Assembly: GCF_009914755.1 (NCBI RefSeq)
Contig: NC_060926.1
Reading direction: 5' to 3' (one strand)
Origin: the human T2T-CHM13v2.0 reference genome, Homo sapiens
Length of the DNA: 64,000 nt
Position 1 is the first letter of the stretch, and every line of letters starts with the position of its first letter. Shown here one piece after another: positions 1 to 14,542 of the stretch. Below the pieces are notes generated by a model. The model was not told the origin of the DNA and made no database searches. It was given only the letters and a program-made list of their open reading frames with translations. The position numbers and the translations under genes are program-made.

Positions 1-135
1 AGGTCTCACTCTGTCACCCATGCTGGAGTGGAGTGGTGCAAAAGCAGGCAGCCTCAGCTTCCTGGGCTCAAACAATCCTCCTGCCTCAGCCTCCCAAAGT
101 GCTGGGATTGTAAGCATCAGTCACAGCACCTAGCC
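1..135 (-). mobile_element. Alu monomer fragment (FAM/FLAM/AluJ-like)
   Basis: CCTCAGCCTCCCAAAGTGCTGGGATT Alu motif. Confidence 0.85.
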
Positions 136-1500
136 AGAAAACTCTTTAAGAAAAAAATAAGTGTAAATTTTCATGACTTTGGATTAGGCAATTGTTTCTT
201 ACATATAACACCAAAAGCAGAAACAACAAAAGAAGAAAAAAGATAAATTGGACTTCATTAAAATTAAAAACTTTCACCACAAATAAAGTGGAAAGATACC
301 ACACAGAACGAGAGAAAACACTTGCAAACCAATTCTCTGATAAGAGACTTGTACTCAGAATATATTGAAAAACTTTTACAACAGTAAAAAACAATTTAAA
401 ATAGACAACAGATTTGAATAGACATTTCTCCAAAGAAGGTACACAAATGGCCAATAAGCACATGAAAAAATACTCAACATCATTTAGTCATTATAAAAAT
501 GCAAACCAAAACCACAATGAGATACCACTTCATACCCCCTAGGATGGCTATAATCAAAAAGATGAGCAATAAAAAGTGTTAACAAAAAGTGATGAAGATT
601 AGAAGCCTCATAGATTGCTGATGGGAATGTAAAATTCAGCCACTGTGAAAAACAATTTGGCAGTTCCTCAGAAAATTAAATACAGAGTTATCTTATTACC
701 TGGCAATTCCACTCCTAGGAATTTTCACCCAAGAAACTAGAAAACACAAAAACTTAACACACAAATGTTCATAGCAGCATTATTCATGATAGCCAAAAAG
801 AGGAGACAGACAACCCAAATGTCTATCAAGTGATGAATGGATTGTTTTAAAAAAAGGTATATCCATATAACAGAATATTATTAGGCCATAAAACGAAATG
901 AAGTGCAGTAGTCCTCCCTTACCTGCATTTTCCCTTTCCCTGGTTAGAGTTTCCTGCAGTCAACCACAGTTAAAAATTAGGTGAGTATAGTACAATGAGA
1001 TATTTTGAGAAAGACACCACATTCATTTAACTTTAGTATACTGTTACCATGATTCTCTTTCATTGTTAAAGTTGTTAATTTCTTACTGTAACTAATTTAT
1101 AAATTTAACTTTATCATAGTTATGTATAGATAGGAATAAACAGTATATATAGGGTTCAGTCCTATCTGCAGTTTCTAGGGCATACGCTAGGGGTCTTAGA
1201 GTCTTACCCCTCAAGAATAAGGGGGAAACTACTGTACTGATACATGTTACAACCCAGATGAATCTTGAAAACATATGCTAAGTGAAAGAAGCCAGTCACA
1301 AAAGGCCATATATTTTATGATTCTGTTTATATGAAGTGCCTTGAATATGCAAGTTATGAATTCTGTAGAGACAGAAAGTAGATAAGTGATTGTCAGGGGC
1401 TGGGGAAAAAGGGAAGAGGAGTGACTGCTAGAGGGTGTGGGGGGCTTTTTTTGGGAGGGGGGTGAAGAAAATGTCCTGGAAATAGATTTAAAACTTTAAA
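136..1500 (+). mobile_element. Old L1M (L1MB-like) ORF2 3' end/3'UTR, interrupted by MER44
   Basis: L1 motifs AAACCACAATGAGATACCACTTCA, GCAATTCCACTCCTAGG, CTAAGTGAAAGAAGCCAGTCACAAAAG. Confidence 0.85.
906..1234. mobile_element. MER44A-like Tigger7 MITE
   Basis: TIRs CAGTAGTCCTCCCTTA...TAAGGGGGAAACTACTG; TA target (one copy TG) splits the L1 motif GAAGTACTGATAC. Confidence 0.8.
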
Positions 1501-4500
1501 AAAATAGTCATTTCAACATACTTCTCTACTAGGTTGTAAACTCCATAAAAGAACATGTATGTCTTACTACCTAACTTTATCCCCAGAGCTGAGCAGAAAG
1601 CCAAAAACAACTAAATTTTCAATATTACTGTTGACTGATTAGAATGAATGAATACCTTATGACAGGTCACTAATTCTAATTGATTTATTTAAAAAATGTT
1701 TCTACGCTTTAGACTTAACATTTATTTTATTTACACTATTTTCAGATGTCTACATTTATTAAATAACAAATAATGCTTTCAGGTAATTTATAAAAAAGAA
1801 AACACTGTTTTGCAGGCTTGTCTCCCCTTACTAGACCCTGGAAAACTGATAAATGCCTTTCATCTTTATATTCCCATTACCTACATCATTAATGCTTGCT
1901 GCACTGTCTGAATAGCGGCCAGATTATTTTTAGAACAGAAACATTTAAATTCATTTTCAAATTAAAATAAAGGACACCTTTCAATAAGAACTACAGGATC
2001 ACCAAAATGCTAATTTTGGATTCCTCAGTAATCACTTTAGTGGTTCCTTATTTTTGAAAAACCAAAATTAAGACAAAGAGTTTATACAGGGAAAGTTTAA
2101 CTTTTCTTGGTTCCTCAAGTCTCCTTCTATACTGCAGAATAAAGGGTTAATCATACAAGGTAACCCTATTCTGTGGCCTCAACCTTACTCATACAAAATG
2201 TTCATTAAACATCCTTTCAAAGATCTGAGATGAATTTAGCAGTACTTTTCCATTTACAACTTTGGGGGAATGCTTATGAATTGCTAAAAATAATGTTCAT
2301 CAATTTTAACAAACCCTTGTAGTTTAGAAAAAAGTAATTTATGCCCTGCAGTCCTTGCCGTTTGTCTCCAAGATAAAAATGTGAAAAATGACTGTGTGTA
2401 ATAGCATCTTTATCAAAATAAAATTTTAATTCAAAATAACTCAGTACACTTAAATCTTTTCTTTAAAATAAAAACTTCTGGCTCAATGCACAGTAAGAAG
2501 AGCTGCCTACATTTGGTAATCACAAACTGTCATCTGCCATAGCTAAAAATAGTGTCAGCCTGCATTGTGCATGCCTTACGTGCAGAAGTCATCCAATTAC
2601 ATTTTGCCTCAAATCAAATTCTTACATTCTTCTTTGAACAGCCCGAAGTCAGGTTTCAATTTTAAAAAGCTTTTGTCTGGGAAGGCGGGGCAGTGGGGAG
2701 TTAAACTGGCTGTTCCTAAAAATACTAGGACAGGGAATGGCTGGCAGAAAAATACCTACTTTTGAAGCAAAAGCAAATATTAAGTTCTCTTTAATAATGC
2801 CAGGTGAGGAATGAGAATGGCAGTTAAATAGGAAATAAACAAATGAATATATAAATATTAGAACGGTATTAAAATTTCAGTTGTTTTTCACAACCATGTT
2901 TATAATAATAAGTAATTATATATTTATTAAGAATCACAACCCTTAATCAAATTCTTCCCAAATGCCAGGAAAAGTAATTAGAATTCAGAATTGAACATTT
3001 AGTACTACGTAATAGTAAGCTTTTGTCTCAACACAGTAAGCATTCACCTGTCAAAAAACTGACAGGCGAAGGTCCACAAAAAGGATCTGTGCAGAGTTTA
3101 GCTCTCTTCACAAAGACATTAAGAGGACCTTAAGTCCTATTTCTTTTGAGTCCTATTTCTTCCTTCAGGTTAGTATCAATATGATCTGAGAAGATAATGT
3201 AATCTCTGTTTCCCTGTGTGTAAAATTAGAAAAATAATACCCACCCCTAAGAAATTATTTGAAGCTGAATTGAAATTTCACATATGGAAATGCTTGGTAA
3301 ACTGAACACACTGGTACTAAAGCTCAAGAGATAAGGTCAAGAAAGGCAATCAAATATTATATGTAATGCTTAGCTAAGCCCTGATTTTTTAAAAAAGGTG
3401 AATTCAACTTTCTCTGAAAGTATATGTAAAGAGGTTTCAATTAGCAAGTCTCAGCCTGATGGGTACCTGTTACTGCTACAAAAGTATCTCAACCAAATAC
3501 CTGGCAAGCCAGCATCTGTCTTGGCTATCTCCTCTTCCTTTAACTAGAGTTTTTAAACAGATACGTGCAAAATTTCAGGTCCTTGTCTCTTCCACTAAAT
3601 CTTTCCTGTCTTACTTTGATAACGTTACAGTGCTTTGGCGAATTTGAACCACCACACCTAAGAAAATAACACTTTACATGACAAACAAATAGCACTAATA
3701 AACAATCAGCAAAATTTCTATACTTCCCCTTTCTACAATAATTTTGTAATCTCCCAGTCTGAGCAAGGCACTGTGCTGAGTACATTGTATACATTACCTC
3801 GAATCCATAACAACTCTAAAAAGTATTATCTGCATTACATATGTGATGCAAATGTATTTGTACATTTGTAATGTAAACATATTGTTAAATAAATTGTGTA
3901 GGGTTACAAACTGAAATTCAAGTCTGACCATGAAGGTCTCACTCTATTATACCTTTTGTATTTAAAAGACTATATTAATACTCAAGTTTCTTTTTATGCT
4001 ACTTGAGAATACCAAATGCTATTTCTACCTTAGTTTAAATAATTGAGACAGGAGACACAATTTACTAACACTACGAGTAGAGTTATAGGTGAGACCAATA
4101 AATTTCATTAAGAGATTCAATAATAGGAATAAACCATGTTTTGTTTAAATTGTTTTCTAGAAGCAATCTGAATTGTTCTCACCTTAAAAATAAATTTATA
4201 CTATAAATAACAATCTATGTAATTACATATGAACTATAAAAATAGATAAAAAAGACATTGGTGAATTTAAGAATGATATTAAAATTTTTAAATAAGCAAT
4301 AAACTTGACAAACACAGCATATAAAGCAACGAAAATACCATTTCTAGAAAATCTCCAGGAAACAGAAGCCAAACATAAAGATGTGAAGTTAAGTCAATGT
4401 TTACTATTCATTTTATTAAAAAACCAATCCTACACCCAGGATAGAACCTTATTATTATTACTGAGAACAAACGGCCTTTACAATTAAAATCGTTGTAAAC

Positions 4501-5208
4501 ACCGAGTGTGTTTTCACACACATACTCCTTTCCCCACATAACATGAACTAAAAGATGGTTTGTGATTTAAAAAATATGCGTCTCTAGCTCTCTAGTAACC
4601 AACACTATTTGAGGAGTACAAGATTCTCTTACCCAAGTTTAGTATTGTTAAATGGTCCCTGCAGTTATGAAGTTGCATAGGAAAGAAAATTTTCATAAAT
4701 AAGAAAACATCCACTAAGTAATCTTCAAAATTAATCCAAGCTCATAAATATCCCTTACTGTTTAAATTCACCATCCAGCCTCACTCATTACCTAAATGTC
4801 TTGTCAGATAAAACCACCCAAATCAACAGTGCAAAATTGCAAATCTTCCTATTAACATGAAATTCCACAAAGTTAATGTTGTGAGTGATGCTGGAGAATT
4901 GCTCCAAAAAACACTGACAGTCCAACAGGCACTTCAAAACGGAGCCTCTCACTTCAAAAGATTAGGAAGAGCCCCCAGGAAAGTACATTTTTAAACCACT
5001 GAACATTTTTTGTAAAGGGACATTATATATGACCCACTGTGAAATTCAACCATAAAGCAAAAGAAGCCATTTTGTGCTAGTATACAATTTTGTGGCAAAA
5101 ATTACATTCCCCTAAATCCCAAAAACCTGATTCATCCTCTATGTATTCTAAAACCTTATGCACGGCTGTGATTATAAACTAAATTATGTTAAGAATGAAC
5201 TAAAATAA

Positions 5209-5574
<366 letters not shown>

Positions 5575-6854
5575 AGTGGTCTTTTTTTCCTATATTTCAA
5601 GTAGAAAATGCCTCAAATATGTTGCAGGAACATAAAAACTACCTATGGCTGTTTGCCATCTTCTAAGGATAACACGAATTTCTCTAAGAGAAAAGTGAAG
5701 TTCAATAACACCATACATGCTTCATTTATAATTAAATTCACCAGTTTACTTCATTAGTTCATGTGGTTTTCAATATTTCCCTTAATCCTACACTCTTTCC
5801 AGCTTTACTAGGAGAAAACAAGCAAAAAAGGGCAGAAAACAGTTCTAATTTTGCACTCCTAGTTTTCCTAAACCATGATAATTTTCTCTTTACAGAATAA
5901 TCCTACCTTTAATTTCATTTTCTCTAAGGTAAAGCTAAATATCTTCTCTTTAAGTATGTTGGATATACATGACTCTCCCTACCTGCACTCACTTTAACGA
6001 TTTTTCAATTGTAAAGAATGTTAAAATGAGAACTTCTCCTATGACAAGTCTGTATTTCTGATACATGTTGATAAGCATGTGGTTATTAAGTTACTAGAAT
6101 TGATCAAGACCTGCATAAATAGAAACCTAAAATTAGAAAATAAACTGGTTCAATGTATAATTTACTATAGTTTAAATTTTCCTTCTTGTTGGCCCATCTA
6201 AAGCTTAAAATAAGTAGGCACCAAGTCTTAGAAACCTGAGGTTACTGCTCAAAACCCTATTTTCTACTAACAAAAACTAAATGGAAAACATACTGTCCCG
6301 TAACTCTAGAAACTTGAAGCTTAATATACTGGAGTTGGGGGAGGGGAAGAGCTCAAAGCAAATTACTAGTTCAAAACACAGAATGAACCTCACTAGTAAG
6401 TAAATCAGTTATATTTCTTCTTCCATAACCTTATATAACTGTTGTACACACAATATAAATGTTCATCGAATCAATGAACAGTACAAATAATCATTAATAT
6501 TTGATAATTTGGTAATTTTTCAGTTTTTAAATTGCTTTGAGCTTCATAAGAAAATGTTATATAGAATATGGTAGTGATATAGTATTTGAAGAAAGACGAC
6601 ACAAAATATTTTAGTGTCTATAATACGTCCAATGCCTAAGGGGCAGCTGAATCAAACAAACTTGAAAGCCATGAAGCAGATTAAAAAAAATACACACACA
6701 CTCAGTAATATGTCAGCCTTATTCATGATAGAGCAGATAAATAAGTATAAATGTGGTGTCAGATCACTGCTCCAAGGATGCAAAGAAAAGTATTGCCTAA
6801 ATTAAACATCATCCCTTAGCCCAAATTCTAGCAAGAGATGGGACCAAGTGAATA

Positions 6855-7180
6855 CAGTCAGCCCTCTATGTCTGCAGGTTCCACATCTGCGGATTCAACT
6901 AACTGTGGATGGAAAAATGTAGCTAGACCTATGATGACTGCATCTGTAACTAAGCAAGTACAGACTTTTTTCCTGTCATTATTCCCTGAACAATATAACA
7001 ACTACCTACATTGTAAAAAGTAACTCAGAGATGATCTCAACAAGATGTGCGTAGGTTTTACGAAAATACTGCACCATTTTATATAAGAGACGTGGGCATC
7101 TGTGGATTTTGGTATCCATGGTGTAGGGGGACGCGGGGTGGAGGGCTGGAAATAATCTCCTGCAGATACTGAGATGGCTG
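6855..7180. mobile_element. Tigger-family MITE (MER2/MER8-like)
   Basis: CAGTCAGCCCTC...GAGATGGCTG termini with TA duplications on both sides. Confidence 0.75.
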
Positions 7181-8873
7181 TACATAAAAAGGGAACTTAG
7201 GGGACAACCGGAGAACAAATTTAAGAATTCTATTCTCTGCCTAGATATTCTGCCTACATCCCAGCATGTAATCCAATCCTGAAAGATGAAAAGAAATTAT
7301 TCTCCTGGCCCAGAGAACTCCCACTAGGTTTAACCTTTTGACAATACCTGTACTAAATGACTAACCACACCTACCTTCTTCCATGATTAGTGTGACAGAC
7401 AACTGCCTGCCTTTTTTATTGCAGTGAGGACAATACGAAAGAAGTATACGACATTCAATAACATGCCACAAGTAGACTATGCACAAATAAAATATCAAAA
7501 CATGGGCCGTTTTAGCTTATATACTTTTCAATCTTTGGTTATTCAAGTGCAAATATAAATTATAAAATAAAAACAAAGGCTTCATGCCACCATGGACCTG
7601 TGGCATGGTCCTGTGTGGGCCTGACAAATATTTAAATCTCTCGTTTTCTTGGTTTCCTTGTCAGTAAAACAGGAAAGTTGGAATAAATGATTAACAGAAT
7701 GCCTTATCTGCAGGAATACTCTAAAAATTCTGAATCTACAGAAGTTCCTTCAGTTGCTGAATTGTTCCTTTAAGAAGGGGAAAAGTGGGGGAATCCTTTT
7801 TCTAATTGCTCCCACTTGAAATCATATTTTAAAATTTTCCAAAAATTTATGTGGGTTTAAGGCCAGAAGTAAACCTGGCTGAACAATGGAGTTCTCAGCC
7901 TTTTCCTTCATTGACAAGCTGCACCAAGTCAATCAGAAGACCCAGTGATGAAGCCATCACTGTTTTTGGCCTTCAAAAAAATTTGGAGGCTGGAAAAAGA
8001 GCCAAGATATTTATGTATAAATAATTGTAATAGAAAGTACAAAATGAAACCCCTCATGCCCTTCCCTTAGGGGGGAAAAAAAAGTACAAAATGAAAACCG
8101 AGAGATGGGAGTGAGGAACACTGAACTACCTCCCCAGGGAGGCTTAGTGAACACCTCAAGGAGAACCGGGCCTTTGATAAGGACTACTTCAGCAAAATGA
8201 AATGGGAAGAAAGGGCCTTCAAGGTGGAGAGAAAAACACAAGCAAAGGCAAAGAACAGGTATGTTTAGAAAACGAGTCCTTCAGTGTGGCTAGCGACAGG
8301 GAGTAATGACAGACGAAATTATAAAGGTTGGGGCTAGGCCATGGAATGCCTTTCAAACATCCAGGATAGACAGAAGAAACTTCATTTGAAAAGTAAGTAA
8401 AGGAAAATCCCTTAAGTGCCATGATTAGAGTTGCACTTTGGAAGAGTAATTTTAATTTCGCTGTGACACACATAATTTAGTGGAAAGATCAGTTAGGGGC
8501 CCTGGTAAGGATGAGGAGTACACAGACTTGGGTAAATAAAATAGAAAGGCTATTTCCACCATTGCTCCCACTGCTTACACATCTTACAATATAAAGCTGG
8601 TTCTTATCAAGTAATTTAATGAGTTAACACTGACGAAATAGCTATCTTAGAGTAAAAACTGTAAGAAAGGAATACATACTATTTAACCTTAGCCACAGAT
8701 CCATGATAGACACTCACATTCACTGATGAAAATAACAATTTGTACAATCTTTCTGGAAAGCAGTTTTGTAAAAGGCGCCCAAAGCCTAAATAACATAACC
8801 CAGAAATTTGGAAATAATCACAAATAGAAACAAAGACTTATGTTCAGTTATAATCATTTTAGCATTGTTTTTA

Positions 8874-9200
8874 CAGGTTGAGTATTACTGTAATATGTGG
8901 GACTAGAATATGTTGGAATATTTGGAAATATTTTGGAATACTTGCATATACGTAATGAGGTATCTTGGGAGTGAGGCCCAAGTCTAAACATGAAATTCAT
9001 TCTGTTTCATCTACATGTTATACCCATAGGCTGGAAGTAATTTTATGCAATATTTTACATAATTCTGTGCATGAAACAAAGATTGTGTTAAGTATTTATG
9101 TGTGGAATTTTCTACTTGTGGTATCACATCAGCGCTCAAAATGTTTCAGACTTTGGAGCATTTTGGCTTTTAGATTTTCAGATTAGGGATGTTCAACCTG
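8874..9200. mobile_element. Tigger4 (Zombi/MER46)-like MITE
   Basis: TIRs CAGGTTGAGTAT...ATGTTCAACCTG, TA duplications. Confidence 0.8.
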
Positions 9201-10824
9201 TACTTGCAAACTTTAGCAATAACCTGATTTAACTAGATGGAATTAAAATATTGTAGTCATTAAAATAGCGTACAGTATTTAAAAAATAAATACTTAATGG
9301 AGGAAAAAGACTACAGAATAAAATATACCACAAAACCCTCCCAACACACATTACCCTGTTAAAAAGATACCCCAAAACTATTCTCTATGCGATGTGAGTT
9401 TTACTCTTCTACTTACCTTCTAAATTCTCTATAACACATACCTATGTAGTGCTGCACTACTAACCCAAGATCTAGAAAATGTATCTAATGAATGCCTAAA
9501 TATTCGGTTTTAACAAAGTTTAGAACTGAAAGGAGAGTCGTTCCAATCAGTAGGCCCCATAATTAATTAATGCCAAAGTTCCCTTGTTGGGCATTTTTTG
9601 GCCTTCCCGAGTAAGGCATTTCAAACAGCAAGACCCCTGCTACTCTCTACCAAAATGTCAGTATGAGCTTTATTCAAGGCTTTCAAAAAATGAAAGTAGC
9701 TTATCATAAGTAAAGATCAGAGAGCCCTAAAAGAATCTCTACACGGAAGTATGCTGCAGAAATGGTCCAAAACTAGTTTGTCTTGAGATATAATTATATT
9801 GAGTTTTAATGCTAGGAACATTTCTTTCCCTATCCTACAGAAACTTCTCTCAAAGATTACCTCTGGCACATTAACTGACAAATCCAAAGAGTACTGTAAC
9901 AATAAAGAACAGTGTTGCACCTACTTTTAAAATTTAACAAGATTCACATCCATTTCTCACTCATATTAACCAGCTTCTCTAAGTATTTAATTGCCCATTC
10001 CTTCTTGAAAATTCTTTCCCCCCTTAGTATCAGTTACACTATCCTGCTTCTTTTACTGCTCTAGAACCTCCTCATTTTCCCTAAAGCCGCAGACCTCCAT
10101 AACGCAGGTTTTAGGCTTTTCTTTCTTAATAGTTCTTTCAGTGCAAATCTCCTCACATAGTATTCACCTGCCTCACTCTGCATTTGACTCCCAATTCTTT
10201 ATCATTAAACCTGTCATTTATCTGAGCTTCCGAGATGTTCTATCATCACTTCAAATTCAAAGCGTCTGAAACTCAACTTGGCATCTTTTCTATTTTAGCT
10301 CTATTTCTACTAATACTAAAGGACTGTCATTGCCAATATTTCACTCTAATTCAAACTTCATGTTGCCCCTTGAGTCTTTACACCTCATCCTTGTCCTGCA
10401 AATCTATACCAAATGCCAAGTATTCCTTCCTTGAATTTCTCAAATCTGCCGCTTCTTCTTCCTTCCTATTTCAGGCCAAATTCAAGCCTATCTACTTTAA
10501 ATCTGGGCACAACTACAGTCATCCTAACTGGTGTGGCTATAGGTTATTCTCCCCCAGTTGATCTTATGCAGCACCCTAAACCAACTGCTATCATTTACCA
10601 TTCCCTACTTTAAAACTTCCAAATCCTTTTTATTTCTTTTACAATCAAATCCAAAACTCAATGTCTTCTGCGGTCTGGCCCAGGGTATCTCTTCCATAAA
10701 ACCAGAGAACCTCTCAACTGGAACCCTGGGCAGCACGCAAATGAGGAAATTAAAACCAAAAAGGTAAGTTTCTTATTCTAGCCAAAATCAAAATATACCA
10801 GAACCAAGGCTTAAACCCTAGATC

Positions 10825-10985
10825 ACTGTTTCCCGAATTTGCCCAACAATATGAATTACACCAGGATGCTTAATATGCAGATTGCCAGGCCCTACAAAAT
10901 CTGATTTGGTAGGTCACGACCCAAGGAATCTGCATTTTTAAGAAGCACTAGATGATTCTCATCTACAGAGAAGTATGAGGAAACC
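10825..10985. mobile_element. MER5-like hAT-Charlie element
   Basis: ATGCAGATTGCCAGGCCC...CCCAAGGAATCTGCATTTT internal inverted pattern. Confidence 0.6.
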
Positions 10986-11352
10986 TAATCTAGTTCATCT
11001 AAATTTTCTACATTCCTTGACCACACCAATCTTATCTTTCAACTCCTGTCCTAAATATTCTGTTCTACCCAGAAAGTTATTTACTGTCTCAACTATAGCT
11101 TTTTAGTGGTTATATCATTCTCCTACCCCATCCAAATCCCTAGGCCTACCCATTCCTTCCTATTTTAAGCTCCTAAAAATCTTTTGACTACCTTAATCAA
11201 AATTTTCCATATAACCCCAGTAATCGAATACTATGTAAATGTCATTTGTCATAAGTATCCTAAACAGAAAATATGAAGAATATATAAAAGAATGCAAATT
11301 ATTAATGCTTTCAGCCTGAAAGATCGAGTATCTTAAATACCAGTTAATCGGC

Positions 11353-11358
<6 letters not shown>

Positions 11359-11392
<34 letters not shown>
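11359..11392 (+). repeat. (CA)n microsatellite
   Basis: About 17 CA units. Confidence 0.95.
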
Positions 11393-11393
<1 letters not shown>

Positions 11394-13302
11394 ACCTTTT
11401 AAAGAACACTGAAATCAGAGCATCTCTCAAATCTGTCACTATGCTATACTGGTGGTCAGGGGGAGAATGCAGTAGAAAAATGCCTAAGTATATTTTTTAA
11501 ATTTACCTAGACCCTAGATTAGGCTCCTTCTCTGCTGTCAAACTATTTTTTTTTTAGATGAGGAAAAACTCATTCCATGACAGCTTCCAACTTCTCAGTG
11601 ATTTCCAACTTAAACCTTACTCTGTAATCTTAAATATTACTCTGTAATAATAAAATTGTCTGCTGATAGAGAAAATACTAAAATATAATTTAACCACTGA
11701 CTCAGAAAAACAGGCAAAGTTAATCTTACCGACCAAAACAGCCAGACAGGTACTAAAAAATATTAGGCCATTCCACTTACAAAGTGAGGCTCCCCAGAGA
11801 TATTCAGGAGTAAATTCAATTTTACATTTGAGTACCTAAAAATAATCAAACAAATCTCTGGAAAAAATATGAACTACATTGGAACTTAATTTCTCCTGTC
11901 TCATAATACCTTTAAATTACTTCAACAAATAAAGAACTTAAGATGTTATTTAATGATTTAAGACTTAAGTTATTAATAAAGAACCTTAATAGTTGCAGAA
12001 TGAGCCCTGATACGACTTTTCACCTACTTTTAAGGCCTGTATTTATTGTATTATTATCATTTGTATCATTTTCACTTAGCAAAAGCTACCATATATCAAT
12101 TCATCAATCTGTAACGTCAACGGCTAACAGGATGAAGAAATAAAAATCCTTCTCTTTAAATTCACATGTAAAGAAATCCTAAAGGCAAAACCCAAAGCTG
12201 TATTGTTTTCTATTATTTTTTAAGTTGCAACCATAAAATCTTACCAATGTCTCAATATGGTCTCAATCTTAAATTCACCTTTTCCCCACATCTTTATTGA
12301 ACAAATTTTTAAAAAGACATTGTAAAAGTTACTGTAATTAGCTCTACATACTTTTAGAAATATTGTTGCCAATCCTGCTAGAAGGAAATAATTTTTTTTA
12401 ATTATAAAACTTGAATGTAGCCAGGAAAAAAATTGCTTACGTAGAATGTCTATTTTGGACTACTTAAAAATAGCTCTAATAATTTAAAGGTAATTTATTA
12501 TAAGTGGTCAGATATACAGCCTACCACTTTCTTTTAAAGAAAAAAAGGTAGATTTAACCATCTACATAATAAAATATTCTTTAAATATTCTAGTCAACAT
12601 TTTACCATTTACAGGCTTAAATTCTTACACAATGATCCACTGAGATTTGAAAGGATCTGGGCTTTCAAGGGGGAGGAAAAGGGATCAAAATCACTGATTG
12701 GTTATTACAAGGACAAAGGTTAGTGACTTAAATATAGACATGCATTTAAAATTACTGCGTAATTATACTGTGTAATTTGAATGATTTCAAGATGCACATA
12801 ATCTGATTAAAAGAAAGTTGGTAATAATTTTAAAGGTTCAAATCAGATTTTCAAAGAAGAGGCTTACTGCAAACACAATATCTTGCTACCTACAAACCTT
12901 TGCACAGAATTTCAACTACACCAAGTAAGGTTTTTTAAAATAGTCACGGAAAATATGTCACTGTGAAACACAAAAACAGCAATGTGTATTTACCACATCC
13001 AAGTGACGAACAAATGAAATCTGTTAGATCTATATTGTTTACAATGTGCAAGATTAGAGAACAGAACCTAAACGGCAGGACTGAAAAGACTAAACCGAAT
13101 GCCAGTGAAACAGAACAGCATGACATTTTCTGGTATACAACCAAATGTAAAAACACGTGAGATAGCCGTTTTAATCCTTTAGACTTCAACTCTTCAGAGG
13201 TTTCACTTTCAATCCAAAATATCTAAATTCCAAAGCTTATTCATAGAAATATATTAGTGGTCACATATAAAAACTGAATAAGAAATTAAAAAGCAGATAT
13301 AC

Positions 13303-13336
13303 CCTTGTCCTTCCAATTTTTCTTCTGACCGTCCAT
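13303..13336 (-). CDS. RTN4: RTN4 alternative first exon (Nogo-C) coding part MDGQKKNWKDK
   Basis: Minus strand GAGATGGACGGTCAGAAGAAAAATTGGAAGGACAAGG|GTATAT; 34 nt phase 1, matching the Nogo-C N-terminus and the phase of exons 1-3. Confidence 0.95.
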
Positions 13337-13700
13337 CTCTTGTCACGATCTGCTTTGCAGCTCCAATTATTAATTATGCATACCAACAGAAAAGCTGTAA
13401 CTGCACAAACCTACTCCCTGAGACATGAAATACCCGTTTCCTCAACCGAAGTCTGCAGTCTCCTCTGCTGCACAACTGCAGCAGGACTGAAGTCACCTGA
13501 CGTCTTCTGGGTGTGGAACAGTCTGACGCAGTGCAATCTGTAACTAGGCTACTAATACTCCAGCATTAATGCTTTCCTTCTATCTGTTGATTGTTTTAGG
13601 CATTTGCCTTGTTGCTCATACCAAATGGAGCTGCATTTGCAGGGAGAGGGCAGGCTACCAAAAGAAAGGAAATAAGGGTTGTTCTTAGAACTAACCACTG
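13337..13700 (-). promoter_or_regulatory. RTN4: Nogo-C 5'UTR and internal (P2) promoter region
   Basis: Repeat-free sequence upstream of the Nogo-C ATG; CRE-like TGACGTCT (13498-13505) and TGACGCA (13524-13530), E-box CACCTG (13494-13499). The TSS cannot be read from sequence. Confidence 0.65.
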
Positions 13701-14239
13701 AATGTATCTGAAATGCAATTAAAGCCATATGCAGTTTTTTTTTCTTTCTTTTTTTAACAGATGGTCGAATTATGCTACTGGTTTTCAGTTTCATTTAAAA
13801 CTCTAAAATTAATGGTTACCTAATAAGATAAAAATGGACTGATCAAATATTAATAGCCTAAATTTCAAGCTTGTGAAATGATGAGTCTCCTTAATTGCTC
13901 CTAAGTTCATTAAGACGTAAAACATTCAGCATTTTGCACCTTATGAAGAGATAAACAGAAAATAAAAGTCAAATTACTAATGTTTATTGAACATATTATT
14001 TGAACAGAAAACTTTAGCAACTTAATCTTCCTAATATCTTTTTTCCTCTTTTACAATTATGGAAATCCAGAGACTTACAAACATACACTTACTCTTAATC
14101 ATCATCTGCTCCAACTCAATCTTTGAATATTTATTAGACACCTCTACAGACAGTATTAATAGATTCTTAGCTTGGGGAGATATATTCATGGGCTAATGAT
14201 ATAATCTGCCATGGGAAAATGACATAAAAGCAAACTATA

Positions 14240-14542
14240 ATTTTATTTTATTTTTTATTTTTTTCTGACACAGGGTCTCGCTCTGTCACCAAGGCTGGAG
14301 TGCAGTGGTGCAATCATTGGTCACATGGCAACCTCAACCTCCCAGGCTCAAGAGATCCTCCCATCTCAGTCACCACAGGCATGTGCCACCATGCCCAGTT
14401 AATTTTTTATTTTTACACTTTTTTTAGAGATGAGGTCTCCCTGTGTTGTCCAAGCTGGTCACAAACTCCTGGGCTCAAGCAATTCTCCCACCTCAGCCTC
14501 CTAAAGTGCGGGGATTACAGGTATGAGCCACCACACCTGGCC
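14240..14542 (-). mobile_element. AluJ-like
   Basis: Alu dimer with T-rich tail on the left. Confidence 0.9.

Noticed and set aside
3133-3161. Short direct repeat AGTCCTATTTCTT (similar one near 11627-11658)
   Set aside because: Ordinary microduplications, not array-like
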